A DNA stretch of 64,000 nucleotides from an uncultured bacterium (GCA_905215695.1 CAJMQN010000007.1:17938-81937), one strand, 5' to 3'. Counted from the first letter of the stretch, positions 45,467-53,955 are shown. The notes: generated by a model not told the origin, from the letters alone. Numbers and translations are program-made.

Positions 45467-46864
45467 TTGTCAGAAATCAATACGGCGGCGGCGGAATTGC
45501 AGACGCTTCGCGGCGAGCTGTCGGAGACAGACGCGGCGGCGGCGGGGCTTTCCGCTTCCTTTTCCAAATATTTTAAGGAGATGACCGCGGCGGTAGCGGG
45601 CTTTGCAAGAAACGCGGCGGGTTCGCTTTCGGGCGTGACGGGCAGGCTGAAGGAACTGAATTCGGAGATGTCCGCGCTCGGCAGTCAGGGCGGCTCGGCG
45701 GGCGCGAATTTTTCCAAACAGCTCGGCTCGGGTATCGAACAGGGGCTTGCAGGCGTGGGCGGCGGGCTTGAGAACGTGGGCGCGGGATTCGGAAATTTCG
45801 GCGCGGGCGTCGCCTCCGCGGGCGAAGGCTTGTCGTCCTTTGGCGCGGGCTTGTCCGGCGCGGGCGCGGGTCTGTCGTCGGCGGGCGAAGGTCTCGCCGC
45901 GCTTGCGTCGGCGCTTCCGCTGACCGCAGCGGGCTTTTCGGCGCTCTTGGCGGTTCTTCCGGATCTGCTCGCGAATCTGCCCCAAATTCTCGTATTCGTC
46001 GGAATCATGGGCGCATTTTCTCTGCTCGGTCCCGGACTCGCCGCGGCGGGCGCGGGAATCCTCGGAATCGGACAGGGACTTCTCGCAATGGCGCAGAGCC
46101 TTGTGACCGCAACGTCGGGGCTTGTGTCCCTCGGCGGGGCACTCCCGCTCGTGAACGCGGGCATGCTCGAGCTCATCAACGGACTCATGAACACGGAAAT
46201 CAACATCGGGGGAATTCTCACCTTCGTGCTCCTCGCGGCGTCCATGTTTGTCATGGCAGAGGCAATCAAGAGCATGAACGAGCACCTCGGACCCATGGTG
46301 GCGAATTTGGGAACGCTCGGCAATATCTTCACCACAGGACTCATGGTCGGTATCACGGTCTTTGCGGTCATGATGCTCCTGTTGAGCCTTGCGATGGGAA
46401 AGGTCGCGAGCGGCGTGGATAAGGTCACGAAATCCTTTGCGGCGCAGTACAGCCAGTTGCAGAAGAATATCCCTCTTTTGGCGACGGCGGCAATCCTGTC
46501 GAATCCGATTGTCGGCGCGATTACGGTCGCAGTGGCAACCGCGGCGGGATTCGCAATCGGCGCGATTATCCCGCAGATGGCGAAGGGCGGCGTCGTCGCA
46601 AGTCCGACGGTCGCAATGGTCGGCGAGGGCAGATACCCCGAGGCGGTCGTGCCGCTCGGCTCGAGCCCGCAGTTCGCGGAAATGAAGGACGACATCGCCA
46701 ACGCCGTGATACAGGGCATCTTTGCGGCGAACAGAGCGGGCGGCTCGGAAAAAACCGAACTCGTCCTGAACCTTGACGGGGAAAAACTCGCCCGCGTCAT
46801 CATTCCGCGAATTAACAAGGAAAACAACCGCCGGGGCTACGCGCTCCAGCTGAAGGAGGTTTAA
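45467..46864 (+). CDS. Tail tape measure protein (short, 465 aa)
   Basis: Position after G/GT. The N-terminus is coiled-coil-like, the centre is Gly/Ala-rich with hydrophobic segments, and a conserved-looking C-terminus follows. TTG start lies 9 nt after GGAGG. Confidence 0.65.
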   Translation: MSEINTAAAELQTLRGELSETDAAAAGLSASFSKYFKEMTAAVAGFARNAAGSLSGVTGRLKELNSEMSALGSQGGSAGANFSKQLGSGIEQGLAGVGGGLENVGAGFGNFGAGVASAGEGLSSFGAGLSGAGAGLSSAGEGLAALASALPLTAAGFSALLAVLPDLLANLPQILVFVGIMGAFSLLGPGLAAAGAGILGIGQGLLAMAQSLVTATSGLVSLGGALPLVNAGMLELINGLMNTEINIGGILTFVLLAASMFVMAEAIKSMNEHLGPMVANLGTLGNIFTTGLMVGITVFAVMMLLLSLAMGKVASGVDKVTKSFAAQYSQLQKNIPLLATAAILSNPIVGAITVAVATAAGFAIGAIIPQMAKGGVVASPTVAMVGEGRYPEAVVPLGSSPQFAEMKDDIANAVIQGIFAANRAGGSEKTELVLNLDGEKLARVIIPRINKENNRRGYALQLKEV

Positions 46865-46865
46865 T

Positions 46866-47216
46866 ATGTCGCAGATTATAAAAGTCAACGGGCAGGAACT
46901 TTCAACCCTTGTCCCCTCCTCGGTGCGGCAGGGCGATCAGGTGACGCGGACGGCGGAACGTTCGCTCAACGGTAGTATGCACGTGGATATGTCCTATCGA
47001 AAGGCGACGCTCGAAATCACTTGGGACGTTTTGGAGGACGCGGAGCTCGACGAGGTCAAAAACATTTTTCCGAACGACGGGGAAATCTCCGTTGAGCTGT
47101 TCGGCAAGACGTCCTCGCAGGCGAAATTTTATCTCGACAGCTTGGACTATATCCCCATGTTTTTGGGCGGTCAGCTCTATTGGCGCAACGTGACCGCAAA
47201 GCTTGTACAGATGTAG
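46866..47216 (+). CDS. Small tail-tip protein (lambda gpM-sized), hypothetical
   Basis: 116 aa, immediately after the tape measure, translationally coupled. Assigned from position only. Confidence 0.35.
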   Translation: MSQIIKVNGQELSTLVPSSVRQGDQVTRTAERSLNGSMHVDMSYRKATLEITWDVLEDAELDEVKNIFPNDGEISVELFGKTSSQAKFYLDSLDYIPMFLGGQLYWRNVTAKLVQM

Positions 47217-47228
47217 GAGGGAAAACGC

Positions 47229-49352
47229 ATGTCGGCAACAAACGGTTATCAGTCCGCGATTCGCGAAATCGACGGCAAAGTGACCATGCAGTTTTATGAG
47301 AACAGCTCGGACAACGACGCGGATCTCTCCCTCGTCGAAACAGGGAAAACGCCCGTCACGGACACCGGGACGGAATGGCGTTCTTACGCGCTCAAACAGA
47401 CCGTTTCGGCGGGTCTGCGTCCGGAGAAAAAATACGCGACGCTCGACGGATTGAGCAAACTCAAAGATACTGTCTATCCCTATCCCGAAACGCCGGAGAC
47501 AATCATGGCGCTTTGGAGCAGGGAACTGTCGGGGACGACTGCGGTGGCGGGAAATCCGGGCTATGCCTTTGCAAACCCGCCCGTACTCCGTCAGGAGTAC
47601 CACGCCCTGCGAAAAATCGGCTTTTTCCGTCTCGTCGGCGAGGAACAATGGGCGCAGGGACCGACGGCTTACAAAATCCGGCTCTATGTGCCGGCGGAGG
47701 AGTTCTCGGCGGAATCCGAACCCGTAGAGACGATTCCGCCCGCGGATTACAAGGCGTTTCTTGCGCAAACCCCCGCCGTAGAGGAGAAAATCATCTCCGG
47801 CAAATCGTATAAAATCGTTTCGGTCAGTATCAGCGCGACGGAAGAGAATTGCGTCAAACATTATATCGGCTTTGACCGCTACTATCAGGTGACCAAGGCG
47901 GAACTCGAGATAACGGCTTGGAGCGCCCCGGGCACGCCCGCCAAAATCATGTTTTTCTCAAACAGCCTGACCGCGGAATTTTTCTCGGACAATCTTTCGA
48001 TGATCAAAGTGCTTGAGGAAAAGACGGACAGCGTGGAAGAACTTTCCTACGGCATTTCCTCCAATTACTGCGAAGTCAAAGTGTTCAACGAAAACGACCG
48101 CTTTTCCCGCAATCCCGATTTGCTCAAGAAGAACCGCATTGTCAAACCCTTCATTCGGGGCGGACAAGGGGGAGCGTGGGACTCTCTCGGCACGTTCTAC
48201 AGCGACTCGTGGGAAGTCTCGGCGGGGACGAGCGTCGTCTCCTGCAAGGCTTACGACGTCCTGTATAACCTTCAGAAACTCTACGTCACCTTCCCTTTGA
48301 AACAATCGGCGAACGGTACTTATGCGGTTTCCCAAAACGTGACGATACGCGAGGCGTTCGAGGAGTTGGGCGCGCTCATCAACGCAAGCAAAAACGCCGC
48401 CGGAATTTACGGCGACGACCTGACCTTTGTGTTTGACAGCCGGCTCGCAATAGACTCTTCAAATATCGCAACCGCGGATAAAGGCTATGACAAAAAGGTC
48501 TTTCCCTATGTGTTATTGGGGCATGACACGGCATGGAATCTCTTGAGCACGCTCGCAAACGCCGCGAGGTGTCACGTCTATGTCAACCGTTCGGGGCAGA
48601 TTTGCGTGGTTTGGGACGAACCCGACGGCGAGAGCCAATACTGCGATTTCAAAATTGACGAAAGCAATGCCTTTTCGTACAATCTGCCCACAATGAGCCG
48701 GACGATTGCAAACCGCATTGTCGTGCCCTATTGCTACCTCGGTGAGGCGGGGAAGATAGAGGACAGTCGATTTACTTTTGAAAAGAAAGATTTTGAATAT
48801 GAGAACAACAATATCGTCGTAAAGATTGAATTAAAGAACTTTTATGACTTAATAACGGGAATTGATAGGCATGATAGTAAAAATTTTGATTCATATATAA
48901 CAACTAACATCAAAGAAATCCGCTATTCTTTCAATCAAATAGAAGTGGTATTCAACGAAGGTGAAACCGCGGAAACAATATATTTGGAAGTAAACGGAAC
49001 AAATCCGCGCGTTTTAAAAGAGGCAAATTATACCTACGAAAATCATGCGAGCCAAAAGCGAAACGGGATCGTGGAGTTTACGTTGAAATCCGGCAAAATG
49101 ATTTTTGAAAAGGATTCCGCGGCGAGCCGGGATTGCGCAAAAAAAGTCGCCGAAAGAATCGGCGCGATATACGGCGACGGAAAGAGTTATATCGAAACAT
49201 CATGGACAGGCGATTCCCAACTCGACCTCGGCAGAGCCGTACAGAGCCGGGGGAGTGCAGGTGACGATTACGCGGATTACGAAGTGGTAAGCAACGAAAT
49301 CATGTTGCGGCAGGGATTGCGCTTTACGACGAAAGCGCGAAAAATCCCGTAA
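47229..49352 (+). CDS. Large tail-tip / baseplate-like protein (707 aa)
   Basis: Its position and size fit a Tal/gpJ-type distal tail protein. It contains an AT-rich patch at about 48780-49070. Confidence 0.45.
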   Translation: MSATNGYQSAIREIDGKVTMQFYENSSDNDADLSLVETGKTPVTDTGTEWRSYALKQTVSAGLRPEKKYATLDGLSKLKDTVYPYPETPETIMALWSRELSGTTAVAGNPGYAFANPPVLRQEYHALRKIGFFRLVGEEQWAQGPTAYKIRLYVPAEEFSAESEPVETIPPADYKAFLAQTPAVEEKIISGKSYKIVSVSISATEENCVKHYIGFDRYYQVTKAELEITAWSAPGTPAKIMFFSNSLTAEFFSDNLSMIKVLEEKTDSVEELSYGISSNYCEVKVFNENDRFSRNPDLLKKNRIVKPFIRGGQGGAWDSLGTFYSDSWEVSAGTSVVSCKAYDVLYNLQKLYVTFPLKQSANGTYAVSQNVTIREAFEELGALINASKNAAGIYGDDLTFVFDSRLAIDSSNIATADKGYDKKVFPYVLLGHDTAWNLLSTLANAARCHVYVNRSGQICVVWDEPDGESQYCDFKIDESNAFSYNLPTMSRTIANRIVVPYCYLGEAGKIEDSRFTFEKKDFEYENNNIVVKIELKNFYDLITGIDRHDSKNFDSYITTNIKEIRYSFNQIEVVFNEGETAETIYLEVNGTNPRVLKEANYTYENHASQKRNGIVEFTLKSGKMIFEKDSAASRDCAKKVAERIGAIYGDGKSYIETSWTGDSQLDLGRAVQSRGSAGDDYADYEVVSNEIMLRQGLRFTTKARKIP

Positions 49353-49515
49353 AATGAATAAGAGAAACCGCAGTTCTGCGATTTCTCTTGTCCAATTATG
49401 AAAGAAATATCCCCAAACACAAGTTGAGTGAGCAACTTGTTATCGGCTAAAATTTTAACTTGAATATAGAATAACATAAACCGAAACGAAAAGCAAGTAT
49501 TTTTACAAAATAATT

Positions 49516-50124
49516 TTAAATTTGTACAAAATTTATTTGATATGCGGCAAATAATGTAGTTCCCGAAAAGAAATATGTTAAATATTCAGTTTTTTCGTTA
49601 GGATAAAATGTAATAGAATATTGTCCAAAATAATTTATATTATCAATATTTGCATTTTTTCTTGTTGCATATTTCTCTTCGAATTTGTCGGTAGTAGGGT
49701 TATAAAAGTAAGCTGTTATATTTAAGAAATTTATTAAGTCATCGCTTGTGAGGGGCGAATCTAAATTAAAGTCAACAGTGCTAACTTTGGCACGTTGAAT
49801 TCCTTTCATCACCTGAATCTCAAACAATTTAATACCGTTACTGACAAAGGTAGCAGTATCACCAACCTTTAAATACTTAATAGGTTCGCCGTTAATTTTC
49901 CCTTCGAGGGTGGCGAGTTTAGCGGTAGCCTGATTGAGTTTGTTTTGCAGTTCGGTGTTGTTCCCTTCCGCGGCGGAAAGCCTATCTTCCAAAGCCGAAA
50001 TCGTTGCATTCAGTTCATCAATCTGACTTTGCACGCCGGAAAGGTCTGTTTCCGAACACCCGCCGAGCATTCCGACAGAGAGAAAACAGGCGAGACACAG
50101 AAAGAGCGAAAATACTTTTTTCAT
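49516..50124 (-). CDS. Coiled-coil lipoprotein, paralog A (accessory gene on the opposite strand)
   Basis: Lipobox MLGGC and a heptad-like N-terminus (IDELNATISALEDRLSAAEGNNTELQNKLNQATAKLATLEGK). It shares the core EPI(K/E)YL..G..ATFVSNGIKLF(E/D)IQVMKG with paralog B. The DNA is AT-rich. Confidence 0.7.
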   Translation of the reverse strand: MKKVFSLFLCLACFLSVGMLGGCSETDLSGVQSQIDELNATISALEDRLSAAEGNNTELQNKLNQATAKLATLEGKINGEPIKYLKVGDTATFVSNGIKLFEIQVMKGIQRAKVSTVDFNLDSPLTSDDLINFLNITAYFYNPTTDKFEEKYATRKNANIDNINYFGQYSITFYPNEKTEYLTYFFSGTTLFAAYQINFVQI

Positions 50125-50153
50125 TTGTAGAAACCCCCAAAGTTATATAAATA

Positions 50154-50182
50154 AGTATAACACAAATATCTGTGCAATGCAA
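50154..50182 (-). promoter_or_regulatory. Own promoter of lipoprotein A
   Basis: On the minus strand: TTGCAT (50182-50177), 17-nt spacer, TGtTATACT (-10 hexamer at 50159-50154). Confidence 0.55.
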
Positions 50183-50218
50183 GCATGAAAAAAGCATTAC
50201 AAATGTAATGCTTTAAAT

Positions 50219-50857
50219 TTAATAGGGGACAGAGGGAGTAAAAATTAATTTATAAGCAGCAATAAATGTTGTCCCCGAAAATAAAAAAACAGTATCAGCT
50301 ATTGTCGTATGTTCAGAATAGCGAAAAGTGTATTTACCAAAATCGTGAATTTGGTCAATATTGGAGTTAATAAGCAACTCTACGGATTTTCTGATAGAAC
50401 CAGTCGATGAATCGCATACAAAACTATTTATTCCAAAAGGACTTTCATTAGGCAATAGTGCGGGAAATTCGGTATTAAAATTAAAATCTATGAAATCGTC
50501 AGAATCAGTGTATTGTCCCTTCATAACCTGAATATCGAACAGTTTTATACCATTGCTGACAAAGGTAGCTTTTTCGCCTTCATTTAAATACTCGATAGGT
50601 TCGCCGTTGGTTAATTTTCCTTCGAGAGCGATGAGTTTAGCGGTAGCCTGATTGAGTTGGTCTTGAAGTTCTTGATTGTTTGTATCAATTTGTGACTTTA
50701 AAGAATTGATTTCATCTTTGAGTGCCTGAATTTCCGCTTGACTTGCCTTGAGCTCGTCAATTTGCTGTTGCAGTTCCGTCGTGTCCGTACATCCTGCCGC
50801 GAAAAGGGCGCACAAAAACACGAAGGATCCCAAGAGTAACGCTCCGATCCTTTTCAT
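50219..50857 (-). CDS. Coiled-coil lipoprotein, paralog B
   Basis: Lipobox LFAAGC and IDELKASQAEIQALKDEINSLKSQIDTNNQELQDQLNQATAKLIALEGK. The hairpin aaagcattaca/tgtaatgcttt (50191-50215) terminates it. Confidence 0.7.
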   Translation of the reverse strand: MKRIGALLLGSFVFLCALFAAGCTDTTELQQQIDELKASQAEIQALKDEINSLKSQIDTNNQELQDQLNQATAKLIALEGKLTNGEPIEYLNEGEKATFVSNGIKLFDIQVMKGQYTDSDDFIDFNFNTEFPALLPNESPFGINSFVCDSSTGSIRKSVELLINSNIDQIHDFGKYTFRYSEHTTIADTVFLFSGTTFIAAYKLIFTPSVPY

Positions 50858-50886
50858 TACATAACCCCCAAATAGTTATTGTACCA

Positions 50887-50915
50887 ATTATAACATATAT
50901 TTGTAAAAAATTCAA
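50887..50915 (-). promoter_or_regulatory. Own promoter of lipoprotein B
   Basis: On the minus strand: TTGAAT (50915-50910), 17-nt spacer, TGtTATAAT (-10 hexamer at 50892-50887). Confidence 0.6.
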
Positions 50916-51060
50916 TCGGAGGGTCCATTATTTTTGAACAAAATTCCTTTCCTATCTTTTTTTCGGAGTTGCCCGGCAAAACAAAAAGGAATCAAACATC
51001 TTTGATTCCTTGAGCCGTCCGCTCTTTTCTATATCAATTCAAATCAAAAAGGAGAAAAAC

Positions 51061-51729
51061 ATGCCAAACAAAGAAATTTACACTGCCGAAAGTCCGATTT
51101 CGGTCAAGATGCTGAATGGGTTTGTTCAAGACGGTCAAATCGAGCACCAAAATGAAGGTGAGATTTGGTTGCTGTCAAAGGAAAAAATCCAAAATCTATT
51201 GACGACCAAGACGGACAAAACATATTTTACAAAATTTATTTTCAATGAAAGTGTAACAACGCTAAAAGACGGTTATACGTATTATGGGAGCACGATTGAC
51301 AACGCAACGGTTTCGTCGGGTACATATTATTTTTACAACTGTACCGGAGCTGTTACCGTTTCGGGAACGAGTGCCAAAATATATGCGGTGAATTGCCCGA
51401 ACCTGACAATTAACGGAAAAACAGCGAACAACTGGAAGAATATATTTGTTGACGGAATAGCGAGTTATAAAGCAGATGCAGAGCGGTGGCGTATTCGCTC
51501 GTTGAAAACGGGATTTCAGTTTTTTAGCGAAATAGTGCACATTAGGGGAGAAGGCGAGAACCAAACCTGGACTTACCCGATCAGTTTCTCAAGCGACCCG
51601 GTGATAGTACTTACTCCCTTGTTTGGTTTTGGAGTTTTCTGTGTTGAAGAAAGAACAAGCTCAAGTTGCAAAATAGTAAAACAAAGCGGAAGTTCTTACG
51701 CGCTTATGTTGGCAATAGGTCTAATGTGA
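51061..51729 (+). CDS. Putative receptor-binding / tail-fibre-like protein
   Basis: 222 aa and AT-rich. It is followed directly by a fibre-assembly-chaperone-like gene. AAAGGAG precedes the ATG. There is no recognisable family by eye. Confidence 0.35.
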   Translation: MPNKEIYTAESPISVKMLNGFVQDGQIEHQNEGEIWLLSKEKIQNLLTTKTDKTYFTKFIFNESVTTLKDGYTYYGSTIDNATVSSGTYYFYNCTGAVTVSGTSAKIYAVNCPNLTINGKTANNWKNIFVDGIASYKADAERWRIRSLKTGFQFFSEIVHIRGEGENQTWTYPISFSSDPVIVLTPLFGFGVFCVEERTSSSCKIVKQSGSSYALMLAIGLM

Positions 51730-51739
51730 GGTGGAAATA

Positions 51740-52090
51740 ATGAAGTGGAAAAATGGATTTTATTTTGACGAGGAAGCACCTGAAGGCGCAATAGAGCTGA
51801 CAGATGAAAGATACGAAGAACTCCTTGCGGGACAGGCGCAGGGTTTGACGATTGAGGAACGCGACGGAATTCCCGTGCTTGTAGATTATCGTCCGTCAGA
51901 ATCCGAACTTGCGTTGATTCGTCTGCGTTCCCGCCGTGCGTCCGAATGTTTTCCGGTGATCAACCGCGGAACGCCGTGGTACAATCGTTTGACTGCGGGG
52001 CAGGTGGCGGAACTTGACGCTTGGTATCAATCGTGGCTTGACGTTACGGAGACGAAAGTCATCCCCGAAAAACCGCAGTGGTTGGAGTGA
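51740..52090 (+). CDS. Tail-fibre assembly chaperone-like protein
   Basis: The C-terminal pattern LTAGQVAELDAWYQSWLDVTET...PEKPQWL resembles Tfa / XkdW-type chaperones. The alternative GTG start is 51731. Confidence 0.5.
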   Translation: MKWKNGFYFDEEAPEGAIELTDERYEELLAGQAQGLTIEERDGIPVLVDYRPSESELALIRLRSRRASECFPVINRGTPWYNRLTAGQVAELDAWYQSWLDVTETKVIPEKPQWLE

Positions 52091-52095
52091 GTGCT

Positions 52096-52443
52096 ATGAC
52101 AACGCTACAGCAGATTCTGACGCTTGCGAGTTCCGTCCTTCCTTTTCTCGCGGCGGCGCTGACCTTTCTCGTCAAGTTCGTGAAAAATGAAAAGGCAAAA
52201 CGCGCTTTGCAGCAGGCGGCAAAACTGACGGAGGCGCTCGGACCTCTCGTCGTAAAAGCCGAACAGTTTACGCACTTTTCCGGCGAAGAGAAGAAGGAAT
52301 ACGTCCTGACCCTTGCCAATCAGTTTGCGATTGAACAGGGAATTTCCTTTGACCGGGAACGCGTTTCCTCGCAGATTGAGGAGATCGTCGAAACGACAAA
52401 ACTCGTCAATACGCAGAGTAAAACTTCCGTTGCAACAATTTAA
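52096..52443 (+). CDS. Holin (LL-H-like, single N-terminal TM)
   Basis: 115 aa. TM segment ILTLASSVLPFLAAALTFLVKFV followed by a charged tail (AEQFTHFSGEEKKEYVL), as in LL-H-family holins. Confidence 0.55.
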   Translation: MTTLQQILTLASSVLPFLAAALTFLVKFVKNEKAKRALQQAAKLTEALGPLVVKAEQFTHFSGEEKKEYVLTLANQFAIEQGISFDRERVSSQIEEIVETTKLVNTQSKTSVATI

Positions 52444-52461
52444 TAGAAACAGTTTAGCAGA

Positions 52462-52498
52462 GAAAACCTCGGTTGTCAACCGGGGTTTTCTTTTTTTT
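52462..52498 (+). terminator. Intrinsic terminator ending the structural/holin operon
   Basis: 13-bp stem gaaaacctcggtt/aaccggggttttc with a 3-nt loop, followed by T8. Confidence 0.8.
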
Positions 52499-52593
52499 GC
52501 CAAAATCGTTTTGTAAAAAAATAAACCTAATATATTACGAAAATCCGAAACGCTGTATGATTAAAGTATGAAATACAAAAGGAGGATGTTGCA

Positions 52594-52824
52594 ATGCACA
52601 AAATTCAAAAGTTCAAATTTGGTAACAGGTTGAAAGAGGTGTTAAGGGAGAAAGGACTCAATCCCTACCGTTTGACCGAACTGACGACGCTCTCAAAGGA
52701 CACTGTGAGACAGCTTTTGGTGAAATCGACGCGAAATCCGCGTTTGGACACCGTTTTAGAGGTGCTCGACGCGCTCAAAATGAATGCGCAGGAGTTTTTG
52801 GGGGATGGCCCGTACACATTTTAG
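52594..52824 (+). CDS. XRE-family HTH protein
   Basis: FGNRLKEVLREKGLNPYRLTELTTLSKDTVRQLL, 76 aa. Confidence 0.7.
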   Translation: MHKIQKFKFGNRLKEVLREKGLNPYRLTELTTLSKDTVRQLLVKSTRNPRLDTVLEVLDALKMNAQEFLGDGPYTF

Positions 52825-52934
52825 TACAAAAATAAATTTCGTACAAAAATACGGTCAAATTCCCATTTTAGTATGACGGTTTGCAACAGCGGTTGAGTTA
52901 AGATTTCAATGAATACCGAGGAGGAAGATTTATT

Positions 52935-53291
52935 ATGAAATTACAATGGTTAGAGAAGATTTTGAACTTTGACCATGAAAAGCGAATCGGCGAACTGTTG
53001 AAAATACACAATATGACGATGGCGCAGCTCTGTGAGAAGTGTGCGGATCTCGGCGACAGCACGCTGCCTGCGCTGTTTAAGAATAAGGAGAGAATTCCCA
53101 ATCTTCGCACGATTGCGTACGTTTGCTTTGCCTTCGACATGACGCTCGACGAGTATTTTGAAGAGCCGGGATACGAATCTCTCTCGCCTTTCGAGCAGGA
53201 GTTGTTTGAACTTCTCCGCCGGTTGCCCTCGGATATTCTCATGCACCTTTGGTTATATTTAAAATTTACTCTCGACCCAAACAGAAAATAG
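52935..53291 (+). CDS. XRE-family HTH protein
   Basis: IGELLKIHNMTMAQLCEKCADLGDSTLPALFKNKERIPNLRTIAYVCFAFDMTLDEYF, 118 aa. Confidence 0.7.
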   Translation: MKLQWLEKILNFDHEKRIGELLKIHNMTMAQLCEKCADLGDSTLPALFKNKERIPNLRTIAYVCFAFDMTLDEYFEEPGYESLSPFEQELFELLRRLPSDILMHLWLYLKFTLDPNRK

Positions 53292-53299
53292 GCAAAAAA

Positions 53300-53340
53300 A
53301 AGGGCGTGCAAACGAAATTTTGCGCGCCCTTTTCTCTTTT
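53300..53340 (+). terminator. Intrinsic terminator before the S10 operon promoter
   Basis: Stem aagggcgtgcaaa/tttgcgcgccctt followed by a T-rich run. Confidence 0.7.
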
Positions 53341-53373
53341 TAAAAAAATATTCAAAAAAAACCGAAAAAAGAA

Positions 53374-53402
53374 TTGACAAGTCTTGCAACTTTTAGTATC
53401 CT
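53374..53402 (+). promoter_or_regulatory. Candidate S10-operon promoter with an A-rich UP-like element
   Basis: TTGACA (53374-53379), 17-nt spacer, TATCCT (53397-53402). A-tracts at 53341-53371 lie upstream. About 245 nt of leader precede rpsJ. Confidence 0.4.
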
Positions 53403-53646
53403 ATATAAGCTGTGCAATTATGGGTTGAAGCAGGAGGTTACTCTTTTTTGCCCGTCCATTGGGAAAAAAGAGAAAATTTCTGCGGACAAGTCCGGCAAGA
53501 CCCGGGCGACGGAAACAAAGCCGTGCAGCGGAGCAAAGAGATTTGCTCATTTTTAAGCGAAGCGCCGCGACACACACGGGTGCGTGTCAATACGGTGTTC
53601 AGCGGGAAAGCGGCTTTCCGAAAATTTTATGGAGGACTGTTATAAA

Positions 53647-53955
53647 ATGGCAGGACAGAAAATCAGAATCAAGTTGAAAGCGTACGATCACAACCTCGTT
53701 GACCAGAGCGCCGAGAGGATTGTGGAAGTGGTCAAGAAGACCGGAACCAAGGTCAGCGGACCGATTCCGCTCCCGACCGACCGCGAAGTGGTCACGATTC
53801 TTCGTTCGCCCCACAAATACAAGGATTCGCGCGAGCAGTTCGAGCTCAAGACGCACAAGCGTCTCATCGACATCTACAGCCCGAGCGCAAAGACGGTTGA
53901 CAGTCTCATGAAACTCGACCTTCCCGCGGGCGTAGATATCAACATCAAGCTGTAA
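53647..53955 (+). CDS. rpsJ: 30S ribosomal protein S10
   Basis: [26 protein letters not shown]...[12 protein letters not shown]. Confidence 0.97.
   Translation: MAGQKIRIKLKAYDHNLVDQSAERIVEVVKKTGTKVSGPIPLPTDREVVTILRSPHKYKDSREQFELKTHKRLIDIYSPSAKTVDSLMKLDLPAGVDINIKL

Larger units (their letters stand above)
42946..53291 (+). mobile_element. Phage-derived tail-only module (candidate F-type tailocin or prophage remnant)
   Basis: A co-directional set of regulator, tail-structure and holin genes in siphovirus order. I recognise no capsid, portal, terminase, integrase or replication gene in it. Confidence 0.6.

Noticed and set aside
45470-46888. 472-aa minus-strand ORF, plus a 380-aa one at 45685-46827, opposite the tape measure gene
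   Set aside because: They are extremely Arg/Ala/Pro-rich mirror images of the Gly/Ala-rich tape measure coding sequence, and they interrupt a co-directional tail operon.
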